DNA of 24,255 nt from Caldilineaceae bacterium (GCA_024643705.1 JAHEML010000003.1:1-24255); one strand, 5' to 3'; shown: positions 6,702 through 15,271, counted from the first letter of the stretch. Translations and numbers: made by a program. The notes: generated from the sequence alone by a model not told the origin.

Positions 6702-8087
6702 ATGACACAATTTCCATTACCACCTCTTACCCTCCCCAACGCAGACATTGCCATTGTCGGCCTGGGACCGGGAGCGGTGGGCGATATCCCCTTGGTCGTC
6801 TGGCAGTTGCTCCACAGCGGACGACAGGTGATTTTGCGCACCCGCCGCCATCCGTGCGTGGACGCGTTGGGGCAGGTTGCCAATCTGCAAAGTTGTGATG
6901 ATCTTTACGAGCAGCACGACGCTTTTGCCCAAGTTTACGCTGGGGTTGTCCAGCGAGTGATGACCGCGGCAGGGCATGGACCTGTGGTCTATGCTGTGCC
7001 CGGCCATCCGTGGGTGGGCGAAGCGACCACCGGCGCGATTCTGGAACGGGCACGGGCCGAGGGGCTGGCGGTCCACGTGAGCGGTGGTGCCAGCTTCATC
7101 GACGCCGCGGCCACATCCCTGGGGCTGGACCCCATGGAAGGCTGCCAGATCATCGACGGGATGCTCCTGGCCGCCCGCCATCACCCTCACTTGGATGTAA
7201 GCCTGCCCGCGCTGATCGGCCAGGTCTACGCCCGGCAGGTCGCCTCGGACATCAAGCTGACCCTTCTCAACGCCTACCCAGCCGAACAGCCAGTCACCCT
7301 GATCCACGGGGCTGGGATGGGTATTCAACGAACCGAGACCTTTGCCCTGCACGAGCTTGATCGTCGCGACGACTTCGACCATTTGACCAGCCTGTTTATT
7401 CCTGCCCAGCGGCCCGGCGGCAGCTTGAACGATCTGCAGGAATTGATCGCTCACCTGCGCGCGCCGGAGGGCTGCCCCTGGGATCAGGTGCAAACTTTGC
7501 AGAGCCTGCGGGAGTTTTTACTGGCTGAATGTTGCGAGGTGCTGGAAGCCATCGACAATGAAGACGATGAACATACCGCCGAGGAATTGGGCGACGTGGT
7601 GGGCATCGTCTGTATGATAATCCAGGTGGCTGTGGAGGAGGGCCGCTTTTCTATGGCCGATGCCATCCGCACCAGTGTGGAAAAGCTGACCCGCCGCCAT
7701 CCCCACGTTTTTGATGTAGCAAATGTGCCGGACATGGATGGGCTTTACAGCCAGTGGGATGCCATCAAAGCCCAAGAGCGGGCAGACAAGGGCCAAAAGC
7801 CCAAAGGGCCGCTGGACGGAATCCCCGCGGCCCTGCCCGCGCTGGAAAAGGCGCGGGAACTGCAATCCAAAGCCGAAAAAGCCGGGCTGCTCAAACGGGT
7901 GGATGTGGCCGCAGAAAACCCGGATTTGGCCCACCTGCTCCCCGTCGGCAGCGACGAGGCCGATTTGGGTCGCCTGCTCTGGCAGATCACCGCGTTGGCA
8001 AAAACCCAGGACTTGCAGGCTGAGGCCGCTCTGCGGGAATTTGCTGTGCGTTTTCGCGAAAAGCAAGCCAACCCAGAAGTTGGGTGA
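6702..8087 (+). CDS. mazG: YabN-type MazG nucleoside triphosphate pyrophosphohydrolase with N-terminal tetrapyrrole-methylase-like domain, 461 aa
   Basis: N-terminal VGLGPG...LRTRRHP...YAVPGHP; C-terminal LRAPEGCPWD.QT, EELGD, KLTRRHPHVF, LPAL.KA. Confidence 0.93.
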   Translation: MTQFPLPPLTLPNADIAIVGLGPGAVGDIPLVVWQLLHSGRQVILRTRRHPCVDALGQVANLQSCDDLYEQHDAFAQVYAGVVQRVMTAAGHGPVVYAVPGHPWVGEATTGAILERARAEGLAVHVSGGASFIDAAATSLGLDPMEGCQIIDGMLLAARHHPHLDVSLPALIGQVYARQVASDIKLTLLNAYPAEQPVTLIHGAGMGIQRTETFALHELDRRDDFDHLTSLFIPAQRPGGSLNDLQELIAHLRAPEGCPWDQVQTLQSLREFLLAECCEVLEAIDNEDDEHTAEELGDVVGIVCMIIQVAVEEGRFSMADAIRTSVEKLTRRHPHVFDVANVPDMDGLYSQWDAIKAQERADKGQKPKGPLDGIPAALPALEKARELQSKAEKAGLLKRVDVAAENPDLAHLLPVGSDEADLGRLLWQITALAKTQDLQAEAALREFAVRFREKQANPEVG

Positions 8088-8345
8088 CGAAAGCACAATG
8101 TCTCGTCCTCCGCCGGGGATGTATTTCAGTTTTAGGGCGGATTGTAACTACCGGTATCACCGGGCCTTAAAGTGCTGGGCAGCCGGGCAATGTTCCTTGA
8201 AAGAGGGGTGTGTCAGCGTAAAACGGTCTTATTGAGCCGGATTTATCCGGCGTTGCGCGATAGCTCCGGATCTTTAGCCCGGAGTGATCATCGCTGAAGG
8301 CTCATTCACCCTCATTGTGAAATACATCCCTCCTCCGTGTGCGAC

Positions 8346-8374
8346 TTGCCGCCCAGAAACTCCTATGCTATTCT
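8346..8374 (+). promoter_or_regulatory. Putative liv operon promoter TTGCCG-N17-TATTCT with extended -10
   Basis: TTGCCG 8346-8351; TG-C-TATTCT 8366-8374. Confidence 0.55.
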
Positions 8375-8519
8375 TAGCCTGCTTCCAACAATCCGTTCTA
8401 TAGCTCTAAACGACAGTCCATCCCCGGCTGTCTGCCTGTCCCCTCTACGCGTGATTGACTCCATATTTTTTCGACATTCAATTGCAGTTCATTTTTCACA
8501 CATTTCAGGAGGAATACCG

Positions 8520-9881
8520 ATGAAACAATGGCGTATCTACCCATTGCTGGCTCTACTTGTGGTGGTGTCTATGGTGCTGGCCGCGTGCCCGGCTCCCGCA
8601 GCCGCACCAGCGCAAGAAGCAGCCCCCGCCGCCGAAGCCGCACCAGCGGCAACCGAAGCTCCGGCCGCCGAAGCTGCGCCTGCCGAAGCAGCAGGTGGCA
8701 GTGTTGTCAAAGTCTACACAAGCTGGCCGCTCCAGGGACCCATGTTGCCCGAAGGCGACTCGATGAAGAAAGCCGTGGACCTTGCCCTGAAGCATTACCT
8801 GGATGCCAACGGCGGCGGGCCTGCCGGCTTGACCATCGAACTGGTGAACCTGGACGATGCCTCGCCCACCACAGGTTCGTGGGACGGCACAATTGAGGCC
8901 GAGAATGCACAGAAATGTGTGAACGATGCCGATTGCCTGGTCTACTTTGGCACCTACAACTCCGGCGCAGCCAAAATTTCCATGCCCATCACCAACCGGG
9001 CCGGCATTGCCCACATTACCCCGGCCAACACCTATCCAGGTCTGACCCACGCCTGGGATCAGGGCGAGCCGGAAATCTACCGCCCCAGCGGCACAGTCAA
9101 CTATTTCCGCACCAACGCATCGGACGACTTGCAGGGCTGGGCAGGTGCTTCCTGGGCCAAGTGTCTGGGCTACGACACGGTCTACCTGCTGGATGACCGC
9201 CAGCTGTACGGCAAGGGTGTTGTAGATGCCTTTATTCAGCAAGCCGAGAAAGTTGGTATTGAAATTGTTGGCCGAGACGGTGTGGAGTCTTCGGACATCG
9301 ACTTCCGCTCTTTGCTGACCAAAGTTAAGGCAGCCAACCCAGCGTTGGTCTATGGTGGCTTCGTCATCGACAGCGGCGGTCCCCAGGTGATTCAGCAGAT
9401 GGGTTCCTTGGGTCTCTTCGACCTGGGCATCAAATTCATGGGGCCGGATGGCCTGGTGAACCCGGCGCTGGTGGAGCAGGTTGGCGGCGCGGACGTTGCC
9501 AACGAAAATGTACTGCTCACCTTCCCTGGCTTGGCCCCCAGCCAGCTCACATCCGAAGATGGCTTGAAGTTCTTTAACGATTTCCAAGCTGAATATGGCA
9601 TGGAACCCAGCCCGTGGAGCACCTACGCCTATCAGGCCATGCAGGTCATCCTCGATTCTGTCGATCGGGCTGGCACGGCTGACCGGACGGCTATTTTGGA
9701 CGCTATGCGCGGTCTGAAAGATTTCCAGGGCATCACCGGCACCTTCGGTTTCAACGAAAACGGTGACCCAACGGTCTTTGCCATGGGTGGCAATATCGTG
9801 CGCGATGGCGATATCCAGTATGTCGGAGTCATCAGCCCGGATATGGTCGAGGCTGGCACCTGTGATGCAGCGATGCCGTAA
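8520..9881 (+). CDS. livK: Branched-chain amino acid (HAAT) ABC transporter substrate-binding lipoprotein, LivK/LivJ-like, 453 aa
   Basis: SD GGAGG before ATG 8520; signal peptide with LAAC lipobox; Ala/Pro/Glu linker; GTYNSGAAKISMPI, YGKGVVDAF, FQGITGTFGFNENGD; first gene of the livHMGF cluster. Actual substrate unknown. Confidence 0.9.
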   Translation: MKQWRIYPLLALLVVVSMVLAACPAPAAAPAQEAAPAAEAAPAATEAPAAEAAPAEAAGGSVVKVYTSWPLQGPMLPEGDSMKKAVDLALKHYLDANGGGPAGLTIELVNLDDASPTTGSWDGTIEAENAQKCVNDADCLVYFGTYNSGAAKISMPITNRAGIAHITPANTYPGLTHAWDQGEPEIYRPSGTVNYFRTNASDDLQGWAGASWAKCLGYDTVYLLDDRQLYGKGVVDAFIQQAEKVGIEIVGRDGVESSDIDFRSLLTKVKAANPALVYGGFVIDSGGPQVIQQMGSLGLFDLGIKFMGPDGLVNPALVEQVGGADVANENVLLTFPGLAPSQLTSEDGLKFFNDFQAEYGMEPSPWSTYAYQAMQVILDSVDRAGTADRTAILDAMRGLKDFQGITGTFGFNENGDPTVFAMGGNIVRDGDIQYVGVISPDMVEAGTCDAAMP

Positions 9882-9944
9882 TTAGATTGCGTCGTGGGTG
9901 TTGCGTATCTGGTAAGTGTATCTGTTCAGTAATTTGTAGCCTGT

Positions 9945-9984
9945 AGGCAGGTGATGGACAAAATTCTTCGTTCATCACCTGCCT
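9945..9984 (+). terminator. Stem-loop after the binding-protein gene (terminator or mRNA-stabilising hairpin)
   Basis: AGGCAGGTGATG (9945-9956) / CATCACCTGCCT (9973-9984); only a short T run follows. Confidence 0.6.
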
Positions 9985-10117
9985 TTCCAATCAACGTTAA
10001 CCAAGAATTGTTGAATGCTGCGGCCAACAACACCCAGCCTACGCAGTACGAAATACGCAATAGGCTTTCCCACCAGTAGAAAATCTATCCATCCACACCC
10101 CAACCGGAGGCGTCTCC

Positions 10118-11056
10118 GTGTCGCCAACCGAAGTTCTTATCCAACAGTTGTTAAATGGTCTGACCATCGGTGCCTATCTGGCGTTGATTGCATTGGGCTA
10201 CACAATGGTCTACGGCATTATCGAGCTGATCAACTTTGCCCATGGTGATCTCTTCACCTTTGGCTTTCTCATCTCGCTTAGCCTCTTTCGGCTCTACGGG
10301 GCCACAGGGACTTTGGTGGGTTTCGAGTTGGTCTGGCTCTTTACCACGGTGCTGCTGCTGACCATGCTGCTCACCGGCATTCTCAACGTGGTCATCGACC
10401 GCATCGCCTACAAACCATTGCGCAAAGCACCCAGGCTAGCCCCGCTGATCACGGCTGTGGGTATGTCATTTGCTCTGGAAAACATCTTTGCCAATTGGTA
10501 CGGCTCCAGTCAGATCAACTATCCGGACTTTTTCCCCCGGGTGGACATTTTACGCGAATGGTTTCAGATGGACACCTTCGTCCTCTTTACCACCCAGGAC
10601 TTGCTCCTTGTCGGGGTGACGATTCCGTTGATGATTGGTTTGCGCTATTTTGTCCAGCGCACAAAGCTGGGCAAGGCCATGCGGGCCAGCGCCCAGAATG
10701 CCAACGCCGCAGCCATCATGGGCATCAACGTGGAGCGGGTGATCATGACCACCTTTTTCATCGGCGGTGCGCTGGCCGGCGCGGCCGGGATGATCTTCGG
10801 CAATTTTCTGCACACGGGGCGCTATCTCATGGGCTTCGATGCGGGTCTCTTCGCCTTCACCGCTGCGGTTTTTGGCGGCATTGGCAATATCACCGGGGCC
10901 ATGCTGGGTGGGCTGATCATCGGGCTGATCAAAGCCTTTAGCGATCAATACCTGGCCGCTCAATGGACAAGAGCCGTCATCTTTGCCATTCTCATTCTGG
11001 TGCTGGTTTTCCGGCCCCAGGGCTTGTTGGGCCAAGGGGAGGCGGAGAAAGCCTGA
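10118..11056 (+). CDS. livH: HAAT ABC transporter permease LivH
   Basis: QQLLNGLTIGAYLALIALGYTMVYGIIELINFAHGD, TKLGKAMRA, FTAAVFGGIGNI; SD GGAGG, GTG start. Confidence 0.96.
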   Translation: MSPTEVLIQQLLNGLTIGAYLALIALGYTMVYGIIELINFAHGDLFTFGFLISLSLFRLYGATGTLVGFELVWLFTTVLLLTMLLTGILNVVIDRIAYKPLRKAPRLAPLITAVGMSFALENIFANWYGSSQINYPDFFPRVDILREWFQMDTFVLFTTQDLLLVGVTIPLMIGLRYFVQRTKLGKAMRASAQNANAAAIMGINVERVIMTTFFIGGALAGAAGMIFGNFLHTGRYLMGFDAGLFAFTAAVFGGIGNITGAMLGGLIIGLIKAFSDQYLAAQWTRAVIFAILILVLVFRPQGLLGQGEAEKA

Positions 11057-13002
11057 TGGAACAGATACAGCCGAAATTCTCCCGTTCGACCACCCGGCGC
11101 GCCACGGCCCCTGCCCGCCCGGAACAGATCACCAACTGGGTGATAGTGAGCGCGCTCCAATCCTTTATCCTCATTGCCCTGACACCCGCTCTGATCAACC
11201 AGTGGGGCATGTTGGGGTGGGCAGCGTTTGGCTTGGGCGCGGTGATGGCCCTTCTCTGTTTTGGCTGGTACACGGGCAAAGCAGGGGCCTACCCCATGTT
11301 GGCGATCTTTTATGTCTTTTCCTTCGTCAGCCTGATGGGCGCGGCGCTGGCCTTTCTCTCTGCTCAACCGCTGCTCACGGCCCTGATTTTTCTCGCCCTG
11401 GCTTACATTACGGCGGGCGCGTTTGCCCGCAAAGAGCGGGGTGCGTCCATCTTTTTGGCCGTGGTGCTGGTCATCGGCTTCGTGGTGCTTTTTGCCTCGG
11501 CCAGCGAAGGCGCGCGGGACCGACTGAACCTGATGCTGCTTTTCTTCGGACTGTATGTGTTGACCAGCGGCGCGGCCACCTTTATTTTCGGCGTGCGTTT
11601 CAGCGATCTGCGCCGGGACGATGTGATGGCCTTCTACGGCTTTGCCAGCGAACCAGCCATTCTCACCGCTGTCGAAACAATCCGGACACGTCTGGCTAGC
11701 TTTCTTTCCAGCAGCTATGGGTTGATCGTGGGTCTGTTGCGCCCTATCGGACGGGGTTCTGCGGCCACGGGTAAAGCCTGGCGGGGTGCATTGGCTGGGA
11801 TGCCCCGGCCTGCTCTGCGCGGGACACAGATCGTTCTGATTGTCCTCGGCCTGATCGTCTTTCCCTGGGCTATTCGCCAGTTGGAAATGGCGACCAATAT
11901 CTCCCTGCTCATCACCATGAACGTGGGCTTGCTCTTTGTGGTGCTTGCTCTGGGGCTGAATATCGTTGTCGGTTTCGCTGGCCTGCTCGACCTGGGCTAC
12001 GCTGCCTTTTTCGCCATCGGTGCCTACACAATGGGCGTTTTCACCTGGCCCAATCTGGGTTTGGAGTGGAGCTTTTGGATTGTCATTTGGATCAGCGCTC
12101 TGGTGGCAGGCATTTTTGGGATGATTATCGGTGCGCCCACCCTGCGGCTGCGGGGCGACTATTTGGCGATTGTCACCTTGGCTTTCGGCGAGATCGTGCC
12201 CAGGGCCATCCGTGAGATGTGGGACATCAAACTCAAAATTCCCTTCACCGAGATTTATCTCATTGGTGATAAGCTGGAAGGCTTCAACCTGACCAACGGC
12301 CCCCAAGGCATGAACCCCGTGGGCACGCCCATGTTCTTCGGCTTTGAACTTGGTGTAGACCCTATCCATTTGGGCAACTTCGCCACCATCAGCCCACCTA
12401 TGCAATGGTATTTCCTGATCCTGATGGTGGGCGGGATTGTGCTGTTGGCCGCGCTCCGCCTGGAACGCTCTCGGCTGGGCCGGGCATGGATGGCTATCCG
12501 CGAGGATGAGACCGCAGCCGATGCCATGGGCGTGGACCCTGTACGCACCAAACTGCTGGCTTTCGCCTTGGGCGCTTCTTTCTCCGGCTTTGCCGGTTCT
12601 ATCTACGCCGCTATGATCCAGGCCATCTTCCCCGAACTTTTCAGCTTTCTTGTCTCTATCTTCCTGCTCATTCTGGTGATTGTGAGCGGCATGGGTAACA
12701 TCTGGGGTGTACTGGTGGGCGGGCTGATGATCTCTCTCTTCGACCGGGTGGTGCTGGCCCAGATTGTGCCCCAGTTTGTGCCGGGGGGCGATGTGCTGCA
12801 AAAGTGGCGTTGGGTGATGTACGCCGCGGGCCTGATTGCGGTGATGGTGCTGCGCCCGGAAGGTCTCTTCCCCAGTGCGGCCCGCCGTGCCGAGATGCAC
12901 GAGGGCGACGACGATTTTGACTTTGATGAGTGGGACGGCGAATCTGACGCACAGATCGACCCAGGTAGCGCAACACCAGCAGCCGCAAAGGGGGGCAACT
13001 GA
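11056..13002 (+). CDS. livM: HAAT ABC transporter permease LivM with a long hydrophobic N-terminal extension, 648 aa
   Basis: ATG 11056 overlaps the livH TGA (TGATG); LALGLNIVVGFAGLLDLGYAAFFAIGAY, LRLRGDYLAIVTLAFGEI, SRLGRAWMAIREDE motifs in the C-terminal two-thirds. Confidence 0.93.
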   Translation: MEQIQPKFSRSTTRRATAPARPEQITNWVIVSALQSFILIALTPALINQWGMLGWAAFGLGAVMALLCFGWYTGKAGAYPMLAIFYVFSFVSLMGAALAFLSAQPLLTALIFLALAYITAGAFARKERGASIFLAVVLVIGFVVLFASASEGARDRLNLMLLFFGLYVLTSGAATFIFGVRFSDLRRDDVMAFYGFASEPAILTAVETIRTRLASFLSSSYGLIVGLLRPIGRGSAATGKAWRGALAGMPRPALRGTQIVLIVLGLIVFPWAIRQLEMATNISLLITMNVGLLFVVLALGLNIVVGFAGLLDLGYAAFFAIGAYTMGVFTWPNLGLEWSFWIVIWISALVAGIFGMIIGAPTLRLRGDYLAIVTLAFGEIVPRAIREMWDIKLKIPFTEIYLIGDKLEGFNLTNGPQGMNPVGTPMFFGFELGVDPIHLGNFATISPPMQWYFLILMVGGIVLLAALRLERSRLGRAWMAIREDETAADAMGVDPVRTKLLAFALGASFSGFAGSIYAAMIQAIFPELFSFLVSIFLLILVIVSGMGNIWGVLVGGLMISLFDRVVLAQIVPQFVPGGDVLQKWRWVMYAAGLIAVMVLRPEGLFPSAARRAEMHEGDDDFDFDEWDGESDAQIDPGSATPAAAKGGN

Positions 13003-13004
13003 CA

Positions 13005-13781
13005 ATGGCACTCCTGCAAGCGAAGGGACTCACCAAACGTTTTGGCGGTCTGACCGCGGTGAATGATGTTGACCTGGCTCTGGAACCGGGCCAGATCGCC
13101 AGCCTGATCGGCCCGAACGGCGCGGGCAAGACAACCTTTTTCAACATGGTGACAGGGCTGTATGTGCCCAGCGAGGGATCCCTCACCTTTGACGGCCACA
13201 CTCTGGGGCGTTTCAAACCCAATCGGGTCACATCGTTGGGCATTGCCCGCACTTTCCAGAATATCCGCCTCTTCAAAAACATGACGGCGCGGGAAAATGT
13301 GCTGGTGGGCATGAACTGCCGCCTGCGCTCGCCCTGGTACGCGTCGTTGCTCCACACAAATGGGATGAAGAAGGAGGAAACCGCCGCCCATATCCGCGCC
13401 AACGAACTCCTGGACTATGTGGGTTTGGGCGCGGAACGGGGTGATACCATTGCCAAAAACTTGGCCTATGGCATGCAACGCCGCCTGGAAATCGCCCGAG
13501 CATTGGCAACCGAACCCAAGCTCTTGTTGCTGGACGAACCCTCGGCTGGGATGAACCCCCGCGAAACCCAATCCCTCACCGACTTTATCCGCCAGTTGCG
13601 GGATGATCTGGGGCTGACCATTCTGCTCATTGAACATGATATGAAAGTGGTCATGGGCATCTCCGACTGGATTCATGTGCTGGACTACGGCCAGAAGATT
13701 GCAGCAGGCCCGCCGAAGGAGATTCAGCGCAACCCACGGGTGATCGAAGCCTATTTGGGCAAAGCAGCGACAGAAGCGTAA
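13005..13781 (+). CDS. livG: HAAT ABC transporter ATP-binding protein LivG
   Basis: Walker A GPNGAGKTT, RTFQNIRLF, LLLDEPSAG, LIEHDM, VIEAYLG. Confidence 0.97.
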   Translation: MALLQAKGLTKRFGGLTAVNDVDLALEPGQIASLIGPNGAGKTTFFNMVTGLYVPSEGSLTFDGHTLGRFKPNRVTSLGIARTFQNIRLFKNMTARENVLVGMNCRLRSPWYASLLHTNGMKKEETAAHIRANELLDYVGLGAERGDTIAKNLAYGMQRRLEIARALATEPKLLLLDEPSAGMNPRETQSLTDFIRQLRDDLGLTILLIEHDMKVVMGISDWIHVLDYGQKIAAGPPKEIQRNPRVIEAYLGKAATEA

Positions 13782-13794
13782 GACGTATTGCGAA

Positions 13795-13846
13795 TTGCGT
13801 ATTCTGTTGGCTGCTGGCGTCTCACCGACTGATACAGAATACGCAA
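13795..13846. repeat. Palindromic heptamer-type element between livG and livF
   Basis: TTGCGTATTCTGT (13795-13807) / ACAGAATACGCAA (13834-13846), with flanking degenerate 7-mers. Confidence 0.75.
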
Positions 13847-13889
13847 CACGCAACGTTCACTCATCATCTCATCATCAACGAGTTATCCT

Positions 13890-14606
13890 ATGTCCCACAT
13901 GCTCGAACTGGAAAATGTTCATTCGTTCTACGGTCACATCCACGCGCTCAAGGGCGTGTCTCTGCACGTGGACGAGGGGGAGATCGTCACCCTGATTGGC
14001 TCCAATGGTGCGGGCAAAAGCACAACCATCCGCACAATTTCCGGCCTGCTCAATCCCCGCCGGGGCACTGTGATTCTGGAAGATCAGCGCATCGACGGGT
14101 TGCCTGCGCATCAGGTGGCGGGATTGGGTGTGGGGCAGGCTCCCGAAGGGCGCTGGATTTTCCCCAAGCTCACCGTGCTGGAAAATCTGGAGATGGGCGC
14201 GTTCAGCCGCAACGACAGCGATGGCATCGCCGATGATCTGGCCTATGCCTTCGACCTCTTTCCCCGGCTCAAGGAGCGGATCCACCAGCAGGGGGGTACT
14301 CTTTCCGGCGGTGAGCAGCAGATGCTTGCCATTGGCCGCGCCTTGATGGCCCGCCCCCGCCTGCTGCTGCTGGACGAGCCATCCATGGGGCTTGCGCCCA
14401 TGCTGGTGGAGCTGATCTTCGAGACAGTGACCAACATCAACCGCCAGGGGATGACGATTCTGCTGGTGGAGCAGAACGCGCTCATGGCCTTGCAAGTGGC
14501 CCATCGGGGCTATGTGTTGCAGACCGGTGAGATTGTGCTGGGGGGCGATGCCAAAGAGTTGCAGACAAACGAGCAGGTGCGGAAGGCGTATTTGGGCGAG
14601 GAGTAG
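13890..14606 (+). CDS. livF: HAAT ABC transporter ATP-binding protein LivF
   Basis: GSNGAGKST, PEGRWIFP.LTV.ENL, LSGGEQQMLAIGRALM, LLDEPSMGLAP, VEQNA. Confidence 0.97.
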   Translation: MSHMLELENVHSFYGHIHALKGVSLHVDEGEIVTLIGSNGAGKSTTIRTISGLLNPRRGTVILEDQRIDGLPAHQVAGLGVGQAPEGRWIFPKLTVLENLEMGAFSRNDSDGIADDLAYAFDLFPRLKERIHQQGGTLSGGEQQMLAIGRALMARPRLLLLDEPSMGLAPMLVELIFETVTNINRQGMTILLVEQNALMALQVAHRGYVLQTGEIVLGGDAKELQTNEQVRKAYLGEE

Positions 14607-14618
14607 AGTTGGTTGAAA

Positions 14619-15074
14619 ATGGAACAGACAATCTACGAAGCCGCCGGGGGCAGACACGCCTTCACCGATCTGGCCCACGCATGGCATGTACGCTGTCTGG
14701 CAGACCCAATTGTGAGCCACGCTTTCTCACACGGGTATCATCCCCAGCATACCGAGCGGCTGGCCGCGTATTGGGCCGAGGCGCTTGGTGGCCCGCAAGT
14801 GTATTCGGAAGCCATCAGCACCGAGTCTCAAGTGATGCGATTGCACGCGGGGAACGGCGAGCACCGGGAGATGGACGAGCGCGCGCAAAGCTGTTTTGCC
14901 CGGGCACTCGATGACGCGTCGATCCCCGACGACCCTCGCCTACGCACCACACTCAAGGACTACTTTCGCTGGGCAACCGAGCGTTTGTCAAGTTACCCGG
15001 ATTCAGCTGAACAGGTTCCCAGCGGACTCACAATGGTCTACTGGTCGTGGAATGGGCCGGTAAAATTTGAGTAA
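14619..15074 (+). CDS. Truncated (2/2) globin, group II-like, 151 aa
   Basis: TIYEAAGG...ADPIVSHAF...LAAYWAEALGGP.VY...MRLH (proximal His) pattern; starts 12 nt after the livF stop. Confidence 0.8.
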   Translation: MEQTIYEAAGGRHAFTDLAHAWHVRCLADPIVSHAFSHGYHPQHTERLAAYWAEALGGPQVYSEAISTESQVMRLHAGNGEHREMDERAQSCFARALDDASIPDDPRLRTTLKDYFRWATERLSSYPDSAEQVPSGLTMVYWSWNGPVKFE

Positions 15075-15087
15075 ATTTCCCTGCCTG

Positions 15088-15096
15088 TGCTACAAT
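15088..15096 (+). promoter_or_regulatory. Extended -10 (TGcTACAAT) for the tRNA
   Basis: TG-C-TACAAT ends 11 nt before the tRNA 5' end. Confidence 0.55.
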
Positions 15097-15107
15097 TTCG
15101 TCAACAC

Positions 15108-15184
15108 GCGCCCGTAGCTCAGCGGAATAGAGCACTGGTCTTCGGAACCAGGTGTCGGGGGTTCGAATCCCTCCGGGCGTACCA
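15108..15184 (+). tRNA. tRNA-Arg, anticodon TCG (UCG), encoded CCA
   Basis: Cloverleaf: acceptor GCGCCCG/CGGGCGT, D arm GCTC/GAGC, anticodon arm CTGGT-CT-TCG-GA-ACCAG (anticodon 15142-15144), T arm GGGGG-TTCGAAT-CCCTC, 3' ACCA. Confidence 0.96.
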
Positions 15185-15205
15185 AAAAAAACGGGCGTAC
15201 CAAAA
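15174..15205 (+). repeat. 14-bp direct duplication of the tRNA 3' end
   Basis: CGGGCGTACCAAAA at 15174-15187 and 15192-15205. Confidence 0.9.
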
Positions 15206-15254
15206 GGAGAAGTCGCCGAGTACCCAATAGGGTATTCGGCGACTTCTCCTTTTG
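15201..15254. terminator. Bidirectional intrinsic terminator between the tRNA and the P450 gene
   Basis: 25-bp stem CAAAAGGAGAAGTCGCCGAGTACCC / GGGTATTCGGCGACTTCTCCTTTTG with one G-U pair, 4-nt loop, T4 on each strand. Confidence 0.85.
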
Positions 15255-15271
15255 CCCCGACTTTCGTCCTC

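Noticed and set aside
1293-8087. Novel DNA-repair or defence operon (recA, tag, mazG)
   Set aside because: The genes lie in different transcription units and orientations, separated by lysA and EamA. Only recA has an SOS box, and mazG is the housekeeping YabN type with no toxin-antitoxin partner.
8098-8235. 45-aa ORF after mazG (MSRPPPGMYF...)
   Set aside because: No SD, Cys-rich low-plausibility sequence, no recognisable motif.
8236-8284. Short inverted repeats GCCGGAT/ATCCGGC and CTCCGG/CCGGAG resembling enterobacterial REP ends
   Set aside because: Arms of only 6-7 bp, a 2-nt loop in the first, and a single occurrence; compatible with chance or a weak terminator.
10960-13853. Long antisense ORFs (683 aa at 10960-13011 and 416 aa at 12603-13853)
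   Set aside because: Mirror frames of livM/livG typical of GC-rich coding DNA; no motifs or SD. The same applies to the antisense ORFs over recA, lysA, livK and mazG.
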